Assembly: GCA_951406725.2 (NCBI GenBank)
Contig: OX597817.1
Span: 95,728,001-95,792,000 of the forward strand
From: Octopus vulgaris
Taxonomy: Eukaryota
DNA: 64,000 nucleotides
Direction: 5' to 3'
Under the pieces are notes generated by a model. That model ran no database searches. It saw only the letters and a list, made by a program, of their open reading frames with translations, and had not been told where the DNA came from. Every line of letters starts with the position of its first letter. Position 1 is the first letter of the stretch. This document shows positions 38,487 to 51,877 of this stretch, one piece after another. The translations under genes and the position numbers were made by a program.

Positions 38487-39870
38487 GTAGGAGTTTGATT
38501 CTCAACCGCATGTGAGCAAGTGTCTCCTACTGTAGACTCGGGTCGACCAAAGCATTGTGAGTGGATTTGGTAGACGGAAAGGGAAAGACGACCGTTGTAT
38601 GTACGAGGAACGGCCGAAAAGTTGACCGAGATACTTTCATGGAATGTGAACAAATGAGGTTTATTTTTCAACGCAGTTCCCCTTGCGGTTCACACACGTC
38701 TTCCATCAGTATGCAATGCTTGGATCCTATTGGTGAAAAAGCTTTAAACCTGTTGATCAAAAAACTCATCAACAGCAGATATGACGTCATCAACACTGTA
38801 ATGTTGGTTCATAGCAAAGTGTCTTTTTTCCTGTTGGAGAAAAGATGTTAGTCAAATGGGGCCAAATCTGGAGAATAGGGACAGTTATCAACCAGTTGAA
38901 TTCCAAGATCACGCACAGCAGCCGTTGAAACCAAGGACTTGTGTGCTGGAGCATTGTCCTAATGAAATAAGAGCCATTTCGTCATTTTTTCTGAGCGTTT
39001 GGTCTTGATAGTCTTTCATAACTCAAGGAAAGCAGCTGGATCTGCCCCAGACAATGTTAGATTTTCCCGTGGTGCGCTTTTACTTAGGTGTCAAAAGACG
39101 TGGCACCCATCGAGCAGAGACCTTCGTCATGCCAACTTCATTGAGCAAAATATTCTCAACTCTCTCACGGAATATGCTAATAGCATTCGATATTTGATTT
39201 ATAGTCCATCATCTATCATATATAATAATGTGGTGAACACGATCACTGTTTTTCTCGGGTGTAGTTGTAGGACGTCCCGATCTTGGGTCATCTTCAAGAC
39301 TCTCCCTTCTCTTCCTAAATTTAACTACCCGCATATGCACTGTTGGTAAAGCTAAAGCATCATGCCTTAATGTAGCAACCATGACAGTATAAATGTCTTT
39401 GGGAGCTAAACTCTTTTTTTTACTGCTGGCAATTCATAATCCGACAATTCCAAATTTTGTCGATTTTCAAAAGAAATCGTTAACAGTTACATTTGAAGCC
39501 TTTACTGAACAGTCAAATATCAGTTTACCTGGAGAGAAACAATGCAGTTGTTAATAGCAGGGGTTGAAATTGATGTATGCACGATTTCATATATCTAGCA
39601 TCACTCCTTCATAGTTAGCCTATGAACTTTTCAGCCCAATCTCGTATGTATATGCGCGCGTGTATTTTTTCCCACCTCATTGCTTGATAACCGATGTTGG
39701 TGTGTTTGTAACACCGTAGCAGTTCAGCAACGATGGCAGATACAATAAGTACCAGGATTTAAAAAGTACGTAGTGGGGTCGATTCGTTCAACGGAAATTC
39801 TTTATGGCAGTGTCCCAGCATGGCCGCAGTCTAATGATTGAAAGAAGTAAAAGAGTAAAAAGAATAAAAG
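38487..39870 (+). mobile_element. SINE family 1 split by a mariner insertion (parts 38487-38603 and 39645-39870)
   Basis: 5' half ends in GTATGTA; 3' half resumes after the mariner. Confidence 0.7.
38604..39644 (-). mobile_element. Decayed mariner element
   Basis: TA|CGAGGAACGGCCGAAAAGTT ... AACTTTTCAGCCCAATCTCG|TA; minus-strand DNAPAHKS and YSPDLAPFD remnants. Confidence 0.7.
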
Positions 39871-40322
39871 AATATGCACACACACAGACACACAAACACA
39901 CATGCACACAAAAACATAAATACAGGCACGCACACACACGCGCGCAATATTACAGTATTTTGTTATTTCTGCATATCCTTTAATTTTCATATAATCATTA
40001 AAAATATGTACAATACTACGTACACATAAGCTTGGACACCATAACGTATTAAAAAACTCAATCGCTTAATGTAAATTCCTCGAAATCGTCTTGTATTCAG
40101 ATATTTAATTTAATGAGTTTAAAAAGTCTAATTGGAAACACTTATGAGGAAGCTAAACTGATGAAGAAAAACTAACATTAGCTTCGATAAGTATTGTTCT
40201 AATAATTGCATCAAATACAAATTTCAATCTTAGCGGCACAAAAATTGCATTTAGCAAAGTAGGGATAAAAAAAATCGCGAAATAGACGAAATTGCGCACA
40301 AAATGTGTGAAACTCACATAAC

Positions 40323-40387
<65 letters not shown>

Positions 40388-40389
<2 letters not shown>

Positions 40390-41429
40390 CTAAAACTTGT
40401 TGAAAAACATGAAAGACCGAAAAAATTTCACTCTATTCTGAAAGGGAGCAAAAAATTCGCTAATGATATCTTAGATACCTATCAGATTGATCAGGTTGAA
40501 GGAAATGCGCCAACTGCTGCTGCAAAGAAAATGAAATTAATTGCTAAGACATGAAAAATTAGCTAGCAGATGGGAACAGAAACCTCTGCATGTCAAGTGT
40601 GCGGCCCGTAGTAAACAAGCTGATGTCAACCAGAAACACACGCAGTAATGGTTACAAAGCTCAGGGCTAAAAGCAGAGAGTGAAGGTTTCATATTAGCCT
40701 TGTGATAAAAAATGGAGCTGACCAAAAATGCCGATTCTGTAACGATGAGATTGAAACTATATACCACCTAATCTCAGGGTGTAGAGTCGTAGCACCTGTA
40801 GAATATAAAGCAAGACATGACAGAGACGGCCACTGGACAATATGTCGGCATTATAAAATGAAAACCGCTGACACCATCCTGAAGCTGTGACAGAGGGAGA
40901 AAATGTGTCGATTCTCTGGGACTTCCCCGTACATACCGACAGAACTATAAAAGCTAATAAACCGGATATCATTATAAAAGATCCGACAAAAAAGGTGTGT
41001 TTATTAATTGACATGAGTATTTCTTGCGATCACAATATAGCGGCGAAAGAATTTGACAAGATCAGTAAATATAAAGACTTGCAAATAGAAACTGAAAAAA
41101 TGCGGCATCTCAAGGCGACTACAGTACCAGTAATTGTAGGATCTCTAGGAATGATAAAAATAGGTACTGAAACCTATTTGAAGATGATACCAAGCTTACC
41201 ATCCCTACAGGAAGTGCAAAAAATCGTGTTAACTGGAATGACTCATGTACTGAAAAGAGCATTACCGCTGTGAAAACAACATCCATTCATGAATTTATTT
41301 ATTTATTAATTTTACCTGTGAATTTGCGTGTAATCTGGGAATGCATACAATGAGCTTCTCTGCCCTAGGTGTACGGAAAACACTCGGCGAGAAATGGAAG
41401 AAAATTTGAAGAGAGAAGGAAAAAAGAAC

Positions 41430-41430
<1 letters not shown>
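40388..41430 (+). mobile_element. R4/Dong-like LINE 3' part (CCHC plus RLE) in (TAA)n
   Basis: CRFCNDEIETIYHLISGC, ILWDFPVHTDRTIKANKPDI, LIDMSI, KYKDL. Confidence 0.9.
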
Positions 41431-41483
<53 letters not shown>

Positions 41484-41484
<1 letters not shown>

Positions 41485-41685
41485 GTTTCTACTATAGGTA
41501 GCAGGCCTGAAATTTGGGGGGAGGGGTAAAGTCGATTACATGGACTCCAGTACGTGACAGGTACTTAATTCATCGACCCCAAAAGGATGAAAGGCAAAGT
41601 CGACCTCGGCGGAATTTGAACTAGGAACGTAAAGACGGACGAAATACTGCGAAGCATTTTGACCGGCGTGCTAACGACTCTGCCA
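41484..41685 (-). mobile_element. SINE family 2
   Basis: Match to the other family 2 copies. Confidence 0.8.
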
Positions 41686-41691
41686 ATAATA

Positions 41692-41960
41692 ATATGCGAC
41701 CAGTAAAGGTCATGCCTATCATAATTTGGGCGCTGGGATCAGTAAGCCAAGATATAGACAAATGGCTGAAGGAGATTGAAATGTAATACTCGGTAGAGCT
41801 CCTGTAGAAAGTTTGTCTCTTTGGACAGCAAGGATTATCAGGAGGATCCTAAGCACTTGTAAGACTGCCTAAAACTTGTGGATACCTAAAATTACAGGTA
41901 GTAACCCGCTATCCACATAATCCCTACCAGGAATAAGACCGAATCTGAGACAAACCAAAA
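41692..41960 (+). mobile_element. R4/Dong-like LINE terminal fragment
   Basis: VKVMPIIIWALGSV...LFGTARIIRRIL plus 3' UTR and TAA tail. Confidence 0.7.
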
Positions 41961-41977
41961 TGATAATGATAATAATA

Positions 41978-42167
41978 ATCCCTTCTTCTAAAGGCGCAAA
42001 GCCTGAAAATTTGGGAGAGGGAACTAGTCGATTAAATCAGCCCCAGTGTTTCACCGGTTCTTAATTTATCGACCCCGAAAGGCAAAGTCGACCTCGGTGA
42101 ATTCAGAACTTAAAGATGGACGAAATACTGCTCAGCATTATGCCTCGCGCACTAACTATTCCGCCTC
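41978..42167 (-). mobile_element. SINE family 2
   Basis: Match to the other family 2 copies. Confidence 0.75.
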
Positions 42168-42192
42168 GATGATGATGATGATGATGATGATG

Positions 42193-42267
<75 letters not shown>

Positions 42268-42270
<3 letters not shown>

Positions 42271-42825
42271 GCCCTGATATAGTACCGGCCAGTGGCTCGT
42301 ATGACTTTTGATCTTAACTGATTGGAAGTGTCATTATGTAAATTGTTTTGTCTTGGTATAAAAAGACGGGATACAGCAAATATTCTGCTCAATACCACAA
42401 ATTTGCTTGTCAATTGTTTAACCTTAACCAGTTGAGAATGTCCTTTGTGGCTGACTATATGTGCATCTCTGATCATGAGCAAAGAAGCTGGGGAGAAGCT
42501 TAGCCATGTGTTGAGAGGAATTCTTTGGGGCTTGGATAATTCACCTCTGGAAACGTGGGCGTTTTGTTTAACATCCTTAAACAACCCTTATTCAGGGATC
42601 TTTTGAGCGGGATGTGCTACTCAGTCTTAAGAAAACTCTAACTGGGCCCCACCTGCAAGGTCATGCCCTGTTTATCTTGATATGAGATCACTATGTCCCG
42701 CATATTTGTTTATGATTCTTGTGCCTGGTGTACACTTATCAGACGGGTAGTCATGATGAGTATATTTGGCTTCGTATATTTGTACCCCAGTTTCACTTTG
42801 ATCGCATGCGCTGCTCTTTTACTCA
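42268..42825. repeat. ~560-bp non-coding insert inside a (TAA)n tract
   Basis: Complex sequence sharply bounded by TAA repeats; no recognisable ORF or tRNA head. Confidence 0.5.
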
Positions 42826-42849
42826 ATAATAATAATGATAATAATAATA

Positions 42850-43230
42850 ATCCTTTCTACTATAGGAACAGGGCCTGAAATTTTAGAGGAGGGGCCACTT
42901 TATTAGACTCCAGTACGCAACTGGCACTTAATTTATCGACTCCAAAAGAATGAAAGGCAATGTCAACCTCGGTGGATTTTGAACTCTGAATGTAAAAGCA
43001 GATGAAATGCTGCTAAGCATTTTGCCCGGCAAGCTAACGATTCTACCAGCTCACCGCCTTAATAATCCTTTCTACTATTGGCACAAGGCCTGAAATTTTC
43101 TTTTTTTCGATGTCGGGGATAGTCGATTACATCGACCCCAGTTTTTCACTGGTAATTTCATCCAAAAGGATGAAAGGCAAAGTCGACCTCGGCGGAATTT
43201 GAACTCAGAACGTAGCGACAGGTGAAATAC
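42850..43230 (-). mobile_element. Two tandem SINE family 2 copies
   Basis: 42850-43060 and 43065-43230 both match family 2. Confidence 0.8.
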
Positions 43231-43340
43231 CTATTTCTTTACTACCCGCACAATTTAACAGCACAATTAAATGTACGATAAAAAAAAATTAAGGAGGTAA
43301 GCACCTGCCAATGTATACAAACTGCACAATTGCAAAAACT

Positions 43341-44231
43341 GGATCTTTTCAATTCTGAAGCCAGTTTTTTCAAATTTTTCCTATTGAACCAAACAATTTG
43401 AAACTTCGTATACTGGTAGAATGTGTCAAAAGTAAACTTAATTGTAAACCAGAATGAAAACGGAATTGTAACTTCTAAGTTTAACGTTGTTTAATAATTA
43501 GAATTTTAACCAATGATATTCCGTCATTCGGCTTTATTTTATTTACTCCGTCTCGACCACCAATTTGGTGACGTATTAAACATCTTAAATGTAAACAGAC
43601 CGCATGTCTCCGTGAAATCTCCTTCTAATTATTTAACGTACTCATGTTTCCAGGATCCTATAGTCAGCCACCTTCTAATAACAATATTTAAAACTAGTTA
43701 ATAAGCCACATGTATTAAATTGAAAATGTTTCCATTCTGTTAGTACTTGCTTTCGTTTGCTATTAAGAAGTGGCATCTCAGTGACGAGGCTTCTAACAAG
43801 ATTTCGTTTCTAAGCTAATGCGTTTCATTTCACTTATTGTATTTATTTGTGCAAAAGGCAAGAAATTTAATATTAAAAAAGCAAAGAGCTGGCAGAAACG
43901 TTAGCACGCCGGGCGAAATGCGTAGCCGTATTTCGTCTGCCGTTACGTTCTGTGTTTGTTTACAGTTTTCAAACGAACGTTAGTACGTCACAAAAGCGCT
44001 TTCTACGTCACACTAATAGAATGCAGTCAAGTTTTACACATGAAAACAAACAATCTGATTGGTTAAAATTCGCAGTTTTAATCTACGATTAAAGTCATAA
44101 AATAGATTTTTCTCAAATAAACTAGTTCCAACCTGTGTCTTGTTTTGCTAGACTCTATCAGCATACGAAGTTTCAGATTATTTAGTTAAGTAGAAAGATC
44201 TGTGGTCCTGGCTTCAGAATTGAAAAGATCC
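43341..44231. mobile_element. Non-autonomous long-TIR DNA element (GGATC termini; Merlin- or MULE-like)
   Basis: GGATCTTTTCAATTCTGAAGCCAG / CTGGCTTCAGAATTGAAAAGATCC; 8-bp TSD CAAAAACT. Confidence 0.85.
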
Positions 44232-44638
44232 CAAAAACTGTAAACCACAGCAAAACTTATAAAAAGAAAAGAAATTCAAAAATTCAACTATGTTGATCAG
44301 TATATATATATATATATAATTATTTTTTGTATTAGTAATTAAAAATAGAACAAAGTGAATTGGTTCTTTTCAAGGCCAAGGTCAGCGCTCTCATTGATCG
44401 CTAGTAGTAGTAAACACACTTGACCTCTGCTGACCTCAAGGGTGTGAGGCCTCTTTTGTCTCCTTATCGCACAGGAATGCCAATTGCTGATCTCATCACC
44501 ATCCGCTAAGTCTATTTACAGACCTGTAGAATTTAATCTGTTCACCAAACTACTTCTCTTACTCCTACTATTCCCTAAACCCTCACATATTTATTATTAT
44601 CTCAAGTACAAGACAAAAGTTGAAACTAAACAACGTTT

Positions 44639-45536
44639 AACTAGAAAAGCACTCGGAGAGCGCAGACCTCCGCCAAGCAGCTCATTTCCACCCGTGTACA
44701 CCTGTCTTTATTCATAAAGAAGAATGTTTCAAAATGTGCCCAATTCTAATTTATTCGATACAGAAACGGCTTTGTCTAGACTGAAATTAAATATAAGTAA
44801 ATTCTAGATTTACTTTGAAACTAGAAAAGCACTCGGAGAGCGCAGACCTCCGCCAAGTAGCTCATTTCCACCCATATACACGCATGCTAAAAATCGCCCA
44901 ATTTCCCAAACCAACGCCGGCAAAAACATAATTTTCTTGGCGAGGTTAAAAAAAAGAAATAGCTCAGCCATATGATTTTTTAAAAAATCCTTTAAAAACA
45001 AGAGTCATCTGAAGCAGTTATAATACATCAATGGCAACAATAAGCTAGTTTCACAGCGGCGGTGAAGGGAGCAAAGCCTGAGATTTTTGAGTCGATCCCA
45101 ATAATCAAGGTTTGTCATGTCATCCTCCGCAGACCTCCGCCAAACAGCTCATTTTAAGATAGATACGCGAGTAAAATTACTAATAGAGAAAGGAAAATAA
45201 ACTTTGGAAACAGCAACGCCACCATAGGTTAAGTGGAAACGATGAACGTGTTTTCAAAGTAGATAAAGAACGTAAAATTGTAATACTTCATGTAAAGTAA
45301 ATGTAACAAATGAAAAATCATTCAAGAATCTGTAAAATTCCCAGATCACTACCAAAATTTCATCCTCTGTTCCTTGTGTCATTTCATACTCTGTTCCTTG
45401 TGTCATTACCAACTTTTCCTGCAAGTTTCATCAAATACCGTTCGCAACTTTTTGAGTTATTTTGCACACAGTCGGACAGACAGACAAACCAATGCCGACG
45501 AAAACATAACATCCTTCCTTGGCGGAGGTAATAATA
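44639..45536 (-). mobile_element. Helentron-associated (DINE-1/HINE-like) non-autonomous element with repeated 3' ends
   Basis: 5' TTATTACCTCCGCCAAGG subTIR, GTCT microsatellite, 3' CTTGGCGGAGGT plus GCGCTCTCCGAGTGC hairpin plus CTAGTT at 44639 and 44819, partial copy at ~45128. Confidence 0.75.
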
Positions 45537-46718
45537 CCTTTTAATAATAAATGGAAATAATAATAATAATGATGGCAATAATAGTGATAATAATGATAAT
45601 GATAATAATTATAATTTAGCCAAAACTCATACCGGATCAGAGGAAATATTAACAATGACAAATTGTAAAAAAATGAAAATAATATCAGTGATGATAATAA
45701 TAATAATGAAAGAAAGCGGTTGGAATCTCCCCATGTCCTGATTGATGATACATCTAGTGATGGTGTCACAATAAAAACACCGGTAACAGTGCAACCTGAT
45801 AATCGTTACCTCATATGAGTGACAACGAAAAAGCAAAATATTATGAATAAAAGTGGTAATGAAACTGAAGCCCTCGATGGTGCTAGTGTTGCACTCGGCA
45901 GGCTCAGAGACACTGGTCAGACTCCAGCCTATCGTTATCCAGCAAGGGACCAGCACACATGACATAGTTAGAACAAATAAGTCAATGCTGTGGCCATGGA
46001 GTGTTACTACATGAACAACCCCGTAGACGAAAATGGTGTTCATCTTAGGGGATACCGACAACGTATGTATGATCAATGGAAAGAAAGAGGATTGTTTCAA
46101 AAATCGTCGGTTCAAAGAAGTAGAGCTCGAAGCTATCAAAAGACGGGTATTGGAAAATAGCAGCAGAGGAAACGATGAAAATACAATTCATACCCATAAG
46201 AGTAATCTCATAGTAGAAAACAGAAGTGAAATCTCTAATAAACCACAGGAAAGGAACAATGATAGCTTACTCGATGAGAGATTATAGATAGTTTGGAAGA
46301 CAATAAAACTAATGGTGACATGACAGCTGGGCAGAAAGCAATCAATCTACGACAGAATAACAGCAAGACTACAGGAGAACGATAGCGACATTATTTGCAA
46401 CCTTAAAAAGGTTGATCGGTGGGAATTGAACCAAGAAAAGAAAAATGTCAATGATATTCTGAAATACATCAGAACAAACAACATCACAGAAACAAATAAT
46501 TTGATCAAGGCAGCAAGTATTGTTGCGGTAGAAAATGTGGGTGTTAATTTCAAGGAAAAGAAATATAATGGGAGTGACAAATGAAAATATCAATGGTGGA
46601 AAAGAAGAATACATGCGGGGTTAGGTATGCTCTCGAAAGACATTTCTGTGTTAGACCGAAAAGAGAAGGGGGAGGTCAAAAGCGAACACAAATACAGAGC
46701 ACTGAACAAGAAAATTGA

Positions 46719-47115
46719 TATTCAGTGCGACAATGAGATAGAGATTAGTAAACCAGACATAGTGTTGAGAAAGAATGCAAACCATGCTGGATCCTAAATA
46801 TAGCATGCCCAGCTGACAAGAAGGTATGCGATAAGGGAGAAAGAAAAGTCGATAGATATGACAAGTTAGCTTGAGAGGTTAAGCAGTTGTGGACGATGAA
46901 AAAGGTGGTAGTAGTACCAGTAATTGTCGGATCCCGGGGAATAGTGAGTAAAAATCTTGAGAAGTACATGGAACAAATAGGGGCTCTAATAAAAATGGAG
47001 CACTTGCATAAAACAGCACTGGTTAGAACCACTCGAATACTCCGGAAAGTACTCGAAAAGTAGTGAACAGCTGGCACCGTAGTACGTCTCCAACGTTAGA
47101 AGCTGTGTAAAGTCA
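46719..47115 (+). mobile_element. 5'-truncated R4/Dong RLE fragment of the same family as 50940-51362
   Basis: IQCDNEI..KPDIV...ACPADKKVCDK, clearly similar to the downstream tail. Confidence 0.8.
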
Positions 47116-47175
47116 ATAGATAACAACAACAACAACAACAACAATAATAATAATAATAATTATTATTATTATTAG

Positions 47176-48545
47176 CAAGGCCTCCCGGTAGCACTCCAAG
47201 CGAGGGATTTCTAGCGAGGGATTTCTAGCAGTCCTCCAGAACAGACTGGTCAGTTCGAATTCGTCGACGTCCAGTGCCTCTCCGAGTGCATCATCACACT
47301 TTCCCACTACTAACCCTCTATTGAATTTGAGAGTGGATTTTCCACTGAACTATTTTCCCGCCTGGTAGAGGGCAGTGAGCGCCTGGCAAGATTCCAGATG
47401 CCGGTCACCCTGCCTAGGTTTCTTCTTGACTCAAGACTGCAGCTCAGTTAAGCAGACGAGCTGGAGAAAGGCCGCTTTAACAAATGGTGACCACACCTGT
47501 TCACCGTTTAGGCAGAATATCTGGAGATGCTGCAGCCTCAGCGCGTGTCTACGCATTATTAGCCACTGCATGTCCAGCCCTGCACGTAGAGGGTGCTAGC
47601 AGCAGTGGACCGCCTCACCAACGGAACCTGTCCCCTCCACAAGAATTTGAAGAGGAGTTGCTCCAACTTGGCAAGGCGCAAACGGGAGCAAGGCATGACG
47701 GTCAGGCGGTAGTAAATGATAGACGCAATGTACGCATAAGCCACTTCTGCCCGACCTTTCAGTGACAGTTTCCTCGCAGCCTATTTCTGGGTGAAACTGG
47801 CTACTCTGTTCGTCACCTCATTCAAATTGTTATCCACCTGGAGGTCTGGTCCGAACCAATCTCCAAGCAACTTTACCGGTCCGTCCGTCCGTTAGACGGC
47901 ATGGACTTGCCTCTTCAGGTGCCGAGCTGCAAGCCCACCGACTTATCCGTGTTAAGTTTTCCTCCTGTCAACTTTTCATATTCCTCCAATGATGTGCCAA
48001 CCACCTCGATTCCTGAAGTGTTCGACACTATCACGGTGATGTCATCCGCACAAGCCGACATAGTCCTTCTGCGTCCCGGTTCAAGTGGGATACCCTGCAG
48101 CAGCTCCAGCTTCCGCAGTAGATGCTCAAGAATCAATACATACAGAAAGGAGGAGAGAGGGCACCCTTGACGGACCGATCGGGAGATCTGAAATGGTTCC
48201 GAGAGGTGGCCATTAACTTTGACCACCGAGCAGATGCCACAGTGTATTGCAGTGATCCAGCCTCTGAAGACGGGGCCGAAGCCAGCTGCCTTGAGGACAA
48301 CTCCATGTACCGATGGTCAACCCTATCGAATGCTTTCGAGTGATCTAAACTGATCAGAGACCCACCGAAACCAGGTTTTCACCCTACCCTTTCTATGATG
48401 TATCACATGATGTATCACCATAGGAGGTTGTCGTGTATGGACCTGGTGGGGATTGCTTAGGTTTGCGCCTCCCTAACCAAATACTTGACGATAAGCGAAA
48501 GCCTCTTCGCTAATAATACCTTGGCCAAAATCTTTAAAAGATTTA
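47176..48545 (-). mobile_element. Tx1/L1-clade LINE RT fragment
   Basis: SVRQGCPLS, ACADDITV, DKSVGLQLGTW, FKFLWRG. Confidence 0.85.
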
Positions 48546-48599
48546 ACTTGTGATCTGACTAGGCAACTGTTTTCAAAAGTGGATATCCTACACTATTAC

Positions 48600-49600
48600 T
48601 GTCTATTTTCCTAGTGAAAATCCTGTCTATATACGACATAGATAACCCCATGCGGTTGGGTACCGGACGATCGACCTTTCCTCGAGATCTAGGTCGTTCC
48701 TAATCAGCACTGCCACCTCCCATTCCTGGCCTACTAACAGATGCAAAGATCTGATAGTCGTCGAAAATGGCGTTTGCTGACAGCAATTACATCCAGTTCT
48801 AAAGACCTGAGGTCGTTGGGCAGACGCTCCTGCTCCCAGGTCGATCCCAGGCCTCAAATATTTAAACTTCTTACTCTTAATATGGCTATGGTGACGGGCT
48901 AATAAGACAGAGAGGAAAGGTTTCCTTACCTCCTGATGTCTTGTGTAGGTTGGGTGGTTCGACTTCCCTAACTGGTGGGGTTATTTTTTTTTTGGGGGGG
49001 GACTCCTTTAAAAGTCTCCATATGCATTCTGATTTCAGGGTTCCCACGTCCCGACGAAAGTTCTCTTGAATTCTTGTAAAAGAATCGAGCGGCATTCGCA
49101 CCAGAAACAAATCTGGTACGTGAAAAGCACTCGATTCAATTTCAGTGCTTTGTATTACGAGGGCTTTGTTGGCCCTTCTGATAACTGCGAAGTTGAATTT
49201 TTTTGTTGGTGTGGTTTTATTTGTTTGTTTGACTGTGCTGGTGATGATTTTGACGGTGTTGTTTCAGTCTGTGTTTGCTATGAGTGAAGTATCTGCGTTT
49301 GCAGATGTTTGTCAGTGTTGGTCTTGTGTCTGTTTAGGTTGTTTGCATTTGGGGGATTTTGGTGCTGGTGCTGGTGTTGGTTGTGTTGGTGTTGGTGTTA
49401 TTGGGGAGGTGTTTGTGAGCCATTTTGACTATATTCACCCACTTTTCAGCAAATTTACTGGGTTAGGGAAGCATCACTTCTCTCTCCATTCTTATCTCCC
49501 TTTCCAAGTGAAACTTGAATAAGTTGATGAGAGATTGGCCGAAGAGAAAAGTGTCTGTCTTCAGTCTTTTCAACCGGGTGCATCATACAAGCTTTTTCGT
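48600..49600 (-). mobile_element. Tx1/L1-clade ORF1 / endonuclease fragments
   Basis: VAVLIRNDLD fragment and a Pro/Thr-rich ORF1-like region adjoining the RT fragment. Confidence 0.45.
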
Positions 49601-49612
49601 AATAATAATAAT

Positions 49613-49670
<58 letters not shown>

Positions 49671-51378
49671 TGAAAGAAATGGCCTGAAAGTAATAGTGGA
49701 GGAACTAAAACAGCGCCTCATTGCATAGAAAGCAAAGATGGTAAGATACGACCAAAGAATGAAGGGTTACCACCAGAATAGCTTATTCAGAGTAGATCAG
49801 AAGAGATTCTACAAAGAAATAAATGGAGAGTGTACAGATGAAAAGTTGATACTAGATAACATTGAAAGTCAAAGATTTTGGAGTGACATCTGGAGCAAAA
49901 ACAAAGAACACAAGAAGGATGCTGAGTAGTTGCAAGAACTGAAACAAATAGTAGTCTGTTCAAAACAGGCAGAACTAGTCATTTGAGTTAAGGAAATGAA
50001 GGAATTCAGCAAAAAAATGGGCAACTGGAAGGCCCCGGGACCAGATGGAGTTGAAGGCTACTGGATGCAAGATTTGCTGAATGTCATGCACGAATAGATG
50101 CGCAACTCAACACCTTGTTAAATGCTGACCAAGTAATAGAAGAGTGGTTGACATTGGGTAGGACAGTAGTGTGCTTGAAAAACATCGAAAAAGGCAATAC
50201 GCTAGGCAATTACAGGCCGATATCTTTTTTGCCACTTATGTGGAAGTTATTGATTGGAATACTCCCAGAGTCCTGCCACATGAGCAGAAGGGTTGCAAGC
50301 GTGAGTGCAGAGGCACCAAGGATCAACTCCTGATAGACAAAATTATATTTAGAGACTTCAAGGGGAGGAAAACTAACTTAGCCATGTCATGGATCGACTA
50401 TCGTAAATCGTCCGATATGATCCCGCATTCTTGGATTATGGAGTGTATGAACCTATTTGGTATTGCATCGAATGTTGAGCGATTGATTGGAAAAAGTATG
50501 GCGAATTGGAGGACGGATATGGCAGCATGAAGGAAACTGAAAATAGGTGGGTAAAGAAAAGAATGCATGGTCAATTTCATAGGGATGTTGAAGATAAGAC
50601 AAGACAGAGAAAAAAGGTGGCTGTGGATGATTAAAAGTGATTTAAAACCGGAAACGGAGGATCTAATCTGTGCTGCCCAGGTGCAAGCACTAACAACAAA
50701 CTACATAAAATACAGAATAGACAACACAGCAGAAAGTGATAAGTGCAGAAACTATGGGGAAAAACGGTGAAGCCAATGTACGCCACTAGCCCAGAAGGAA
50801 TATGAGAGACGTTACGACAATATAGCAAGGATTGTCCATTGGACAATTTGCAACAAGTTTGGACTTGACAGAGCAAAAAATTGGTACGACCACAACCCTG
50901 AAGGCATCGTCGAAAACAGAAATGCAAAGATCCTATTTTACGATTCAGTACGACTATAAGATAGAGAATAGGAAGCCGGGCACAGTCTTAATTGAGAAAG
51001 AAAGCAAATTATGCTGGATTATAGATATAGCATGCCCAGCTGACAACAAAGTATGCGATAAGGAAGAAAGAAAAGTCGAGAGATATGACAGGTTAGCTTG
51101 AGAAGTTAAGCAGTTGTGGTCGATGAAAAGGTAGCAGTAGTACCCATAATTGTCGGAGCCCTGAGAACAGTGCGCAAAAGTCTCGAGAAATACTTGGAAC
51201 AAATAGGGGCTGCAATAAGGGTGGAGCACTTCCAGAAAACAACACTGTTTGGAACCGCTCGAATACTCCGGAATGCGCTCGAAAAATAAGAGGTGTCACC
51301 TTTGTTCACTGGTAGTGAACAGCTGACACTGAAGTACATCTCCAGCGTTAGAAGCTTTGCAAAAACAATAACAATAAC

Positions 51379-51425
<47 letters not shown>

Positions 51426-51429
51426 TAAA

Positions 51430-51644
51430 GGTCTCAAATTTTGCCACAAAGACAGCAATTTCAAGGGAAGGGATGAGTTGATTACATCCGCTCAAGCGTT
51501 CGACTGGTACTTATTTTATCGACCCCGAAAGTATGAAAGGCAAAGTCGACCTCGGTAGAATTTGAACTCAGAATGTAGCGACGGGCCAAATGCCGGTAAG
51601 CATTTCGTCAAGCGCGCTAACGATTCTACCAGTTCACCATCACC

Positions 51645-51723
<79 letters not shown>

Positions 51724-51841
51724 CTGGTACATCACACGTATTGAGAAGAGCATTGTCGATGTGAGAACTGTTGCTGCTCATGTATTTTAATTTAACTTAA
51801 TTTAACAAGAAATGGAAGCAAATTTGAAAGAAGAAAAAAAA

Positions 51842-51877
<36 letters not shown>

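Larger units (their letters stand above)
45625..51362 (+). mobile_element. Long R4/Dong-like LINE (parts 45625-46718 and 49670-51362) with nested insertions
   Basis: MECYY...RGYRQRMYDQW, KYRALNKK | [61 protein letters not shown]. Confidence 0.8.

Noticed and set aside
45897-45957. Possible HDV-like ribozyme near the Dong 5' end (AGGCT/AGCCT and CTGGTC/GACCAG pairings)
   Set aside because: P3, P1.1 and P4 could not be assigned, so support is insufficient.
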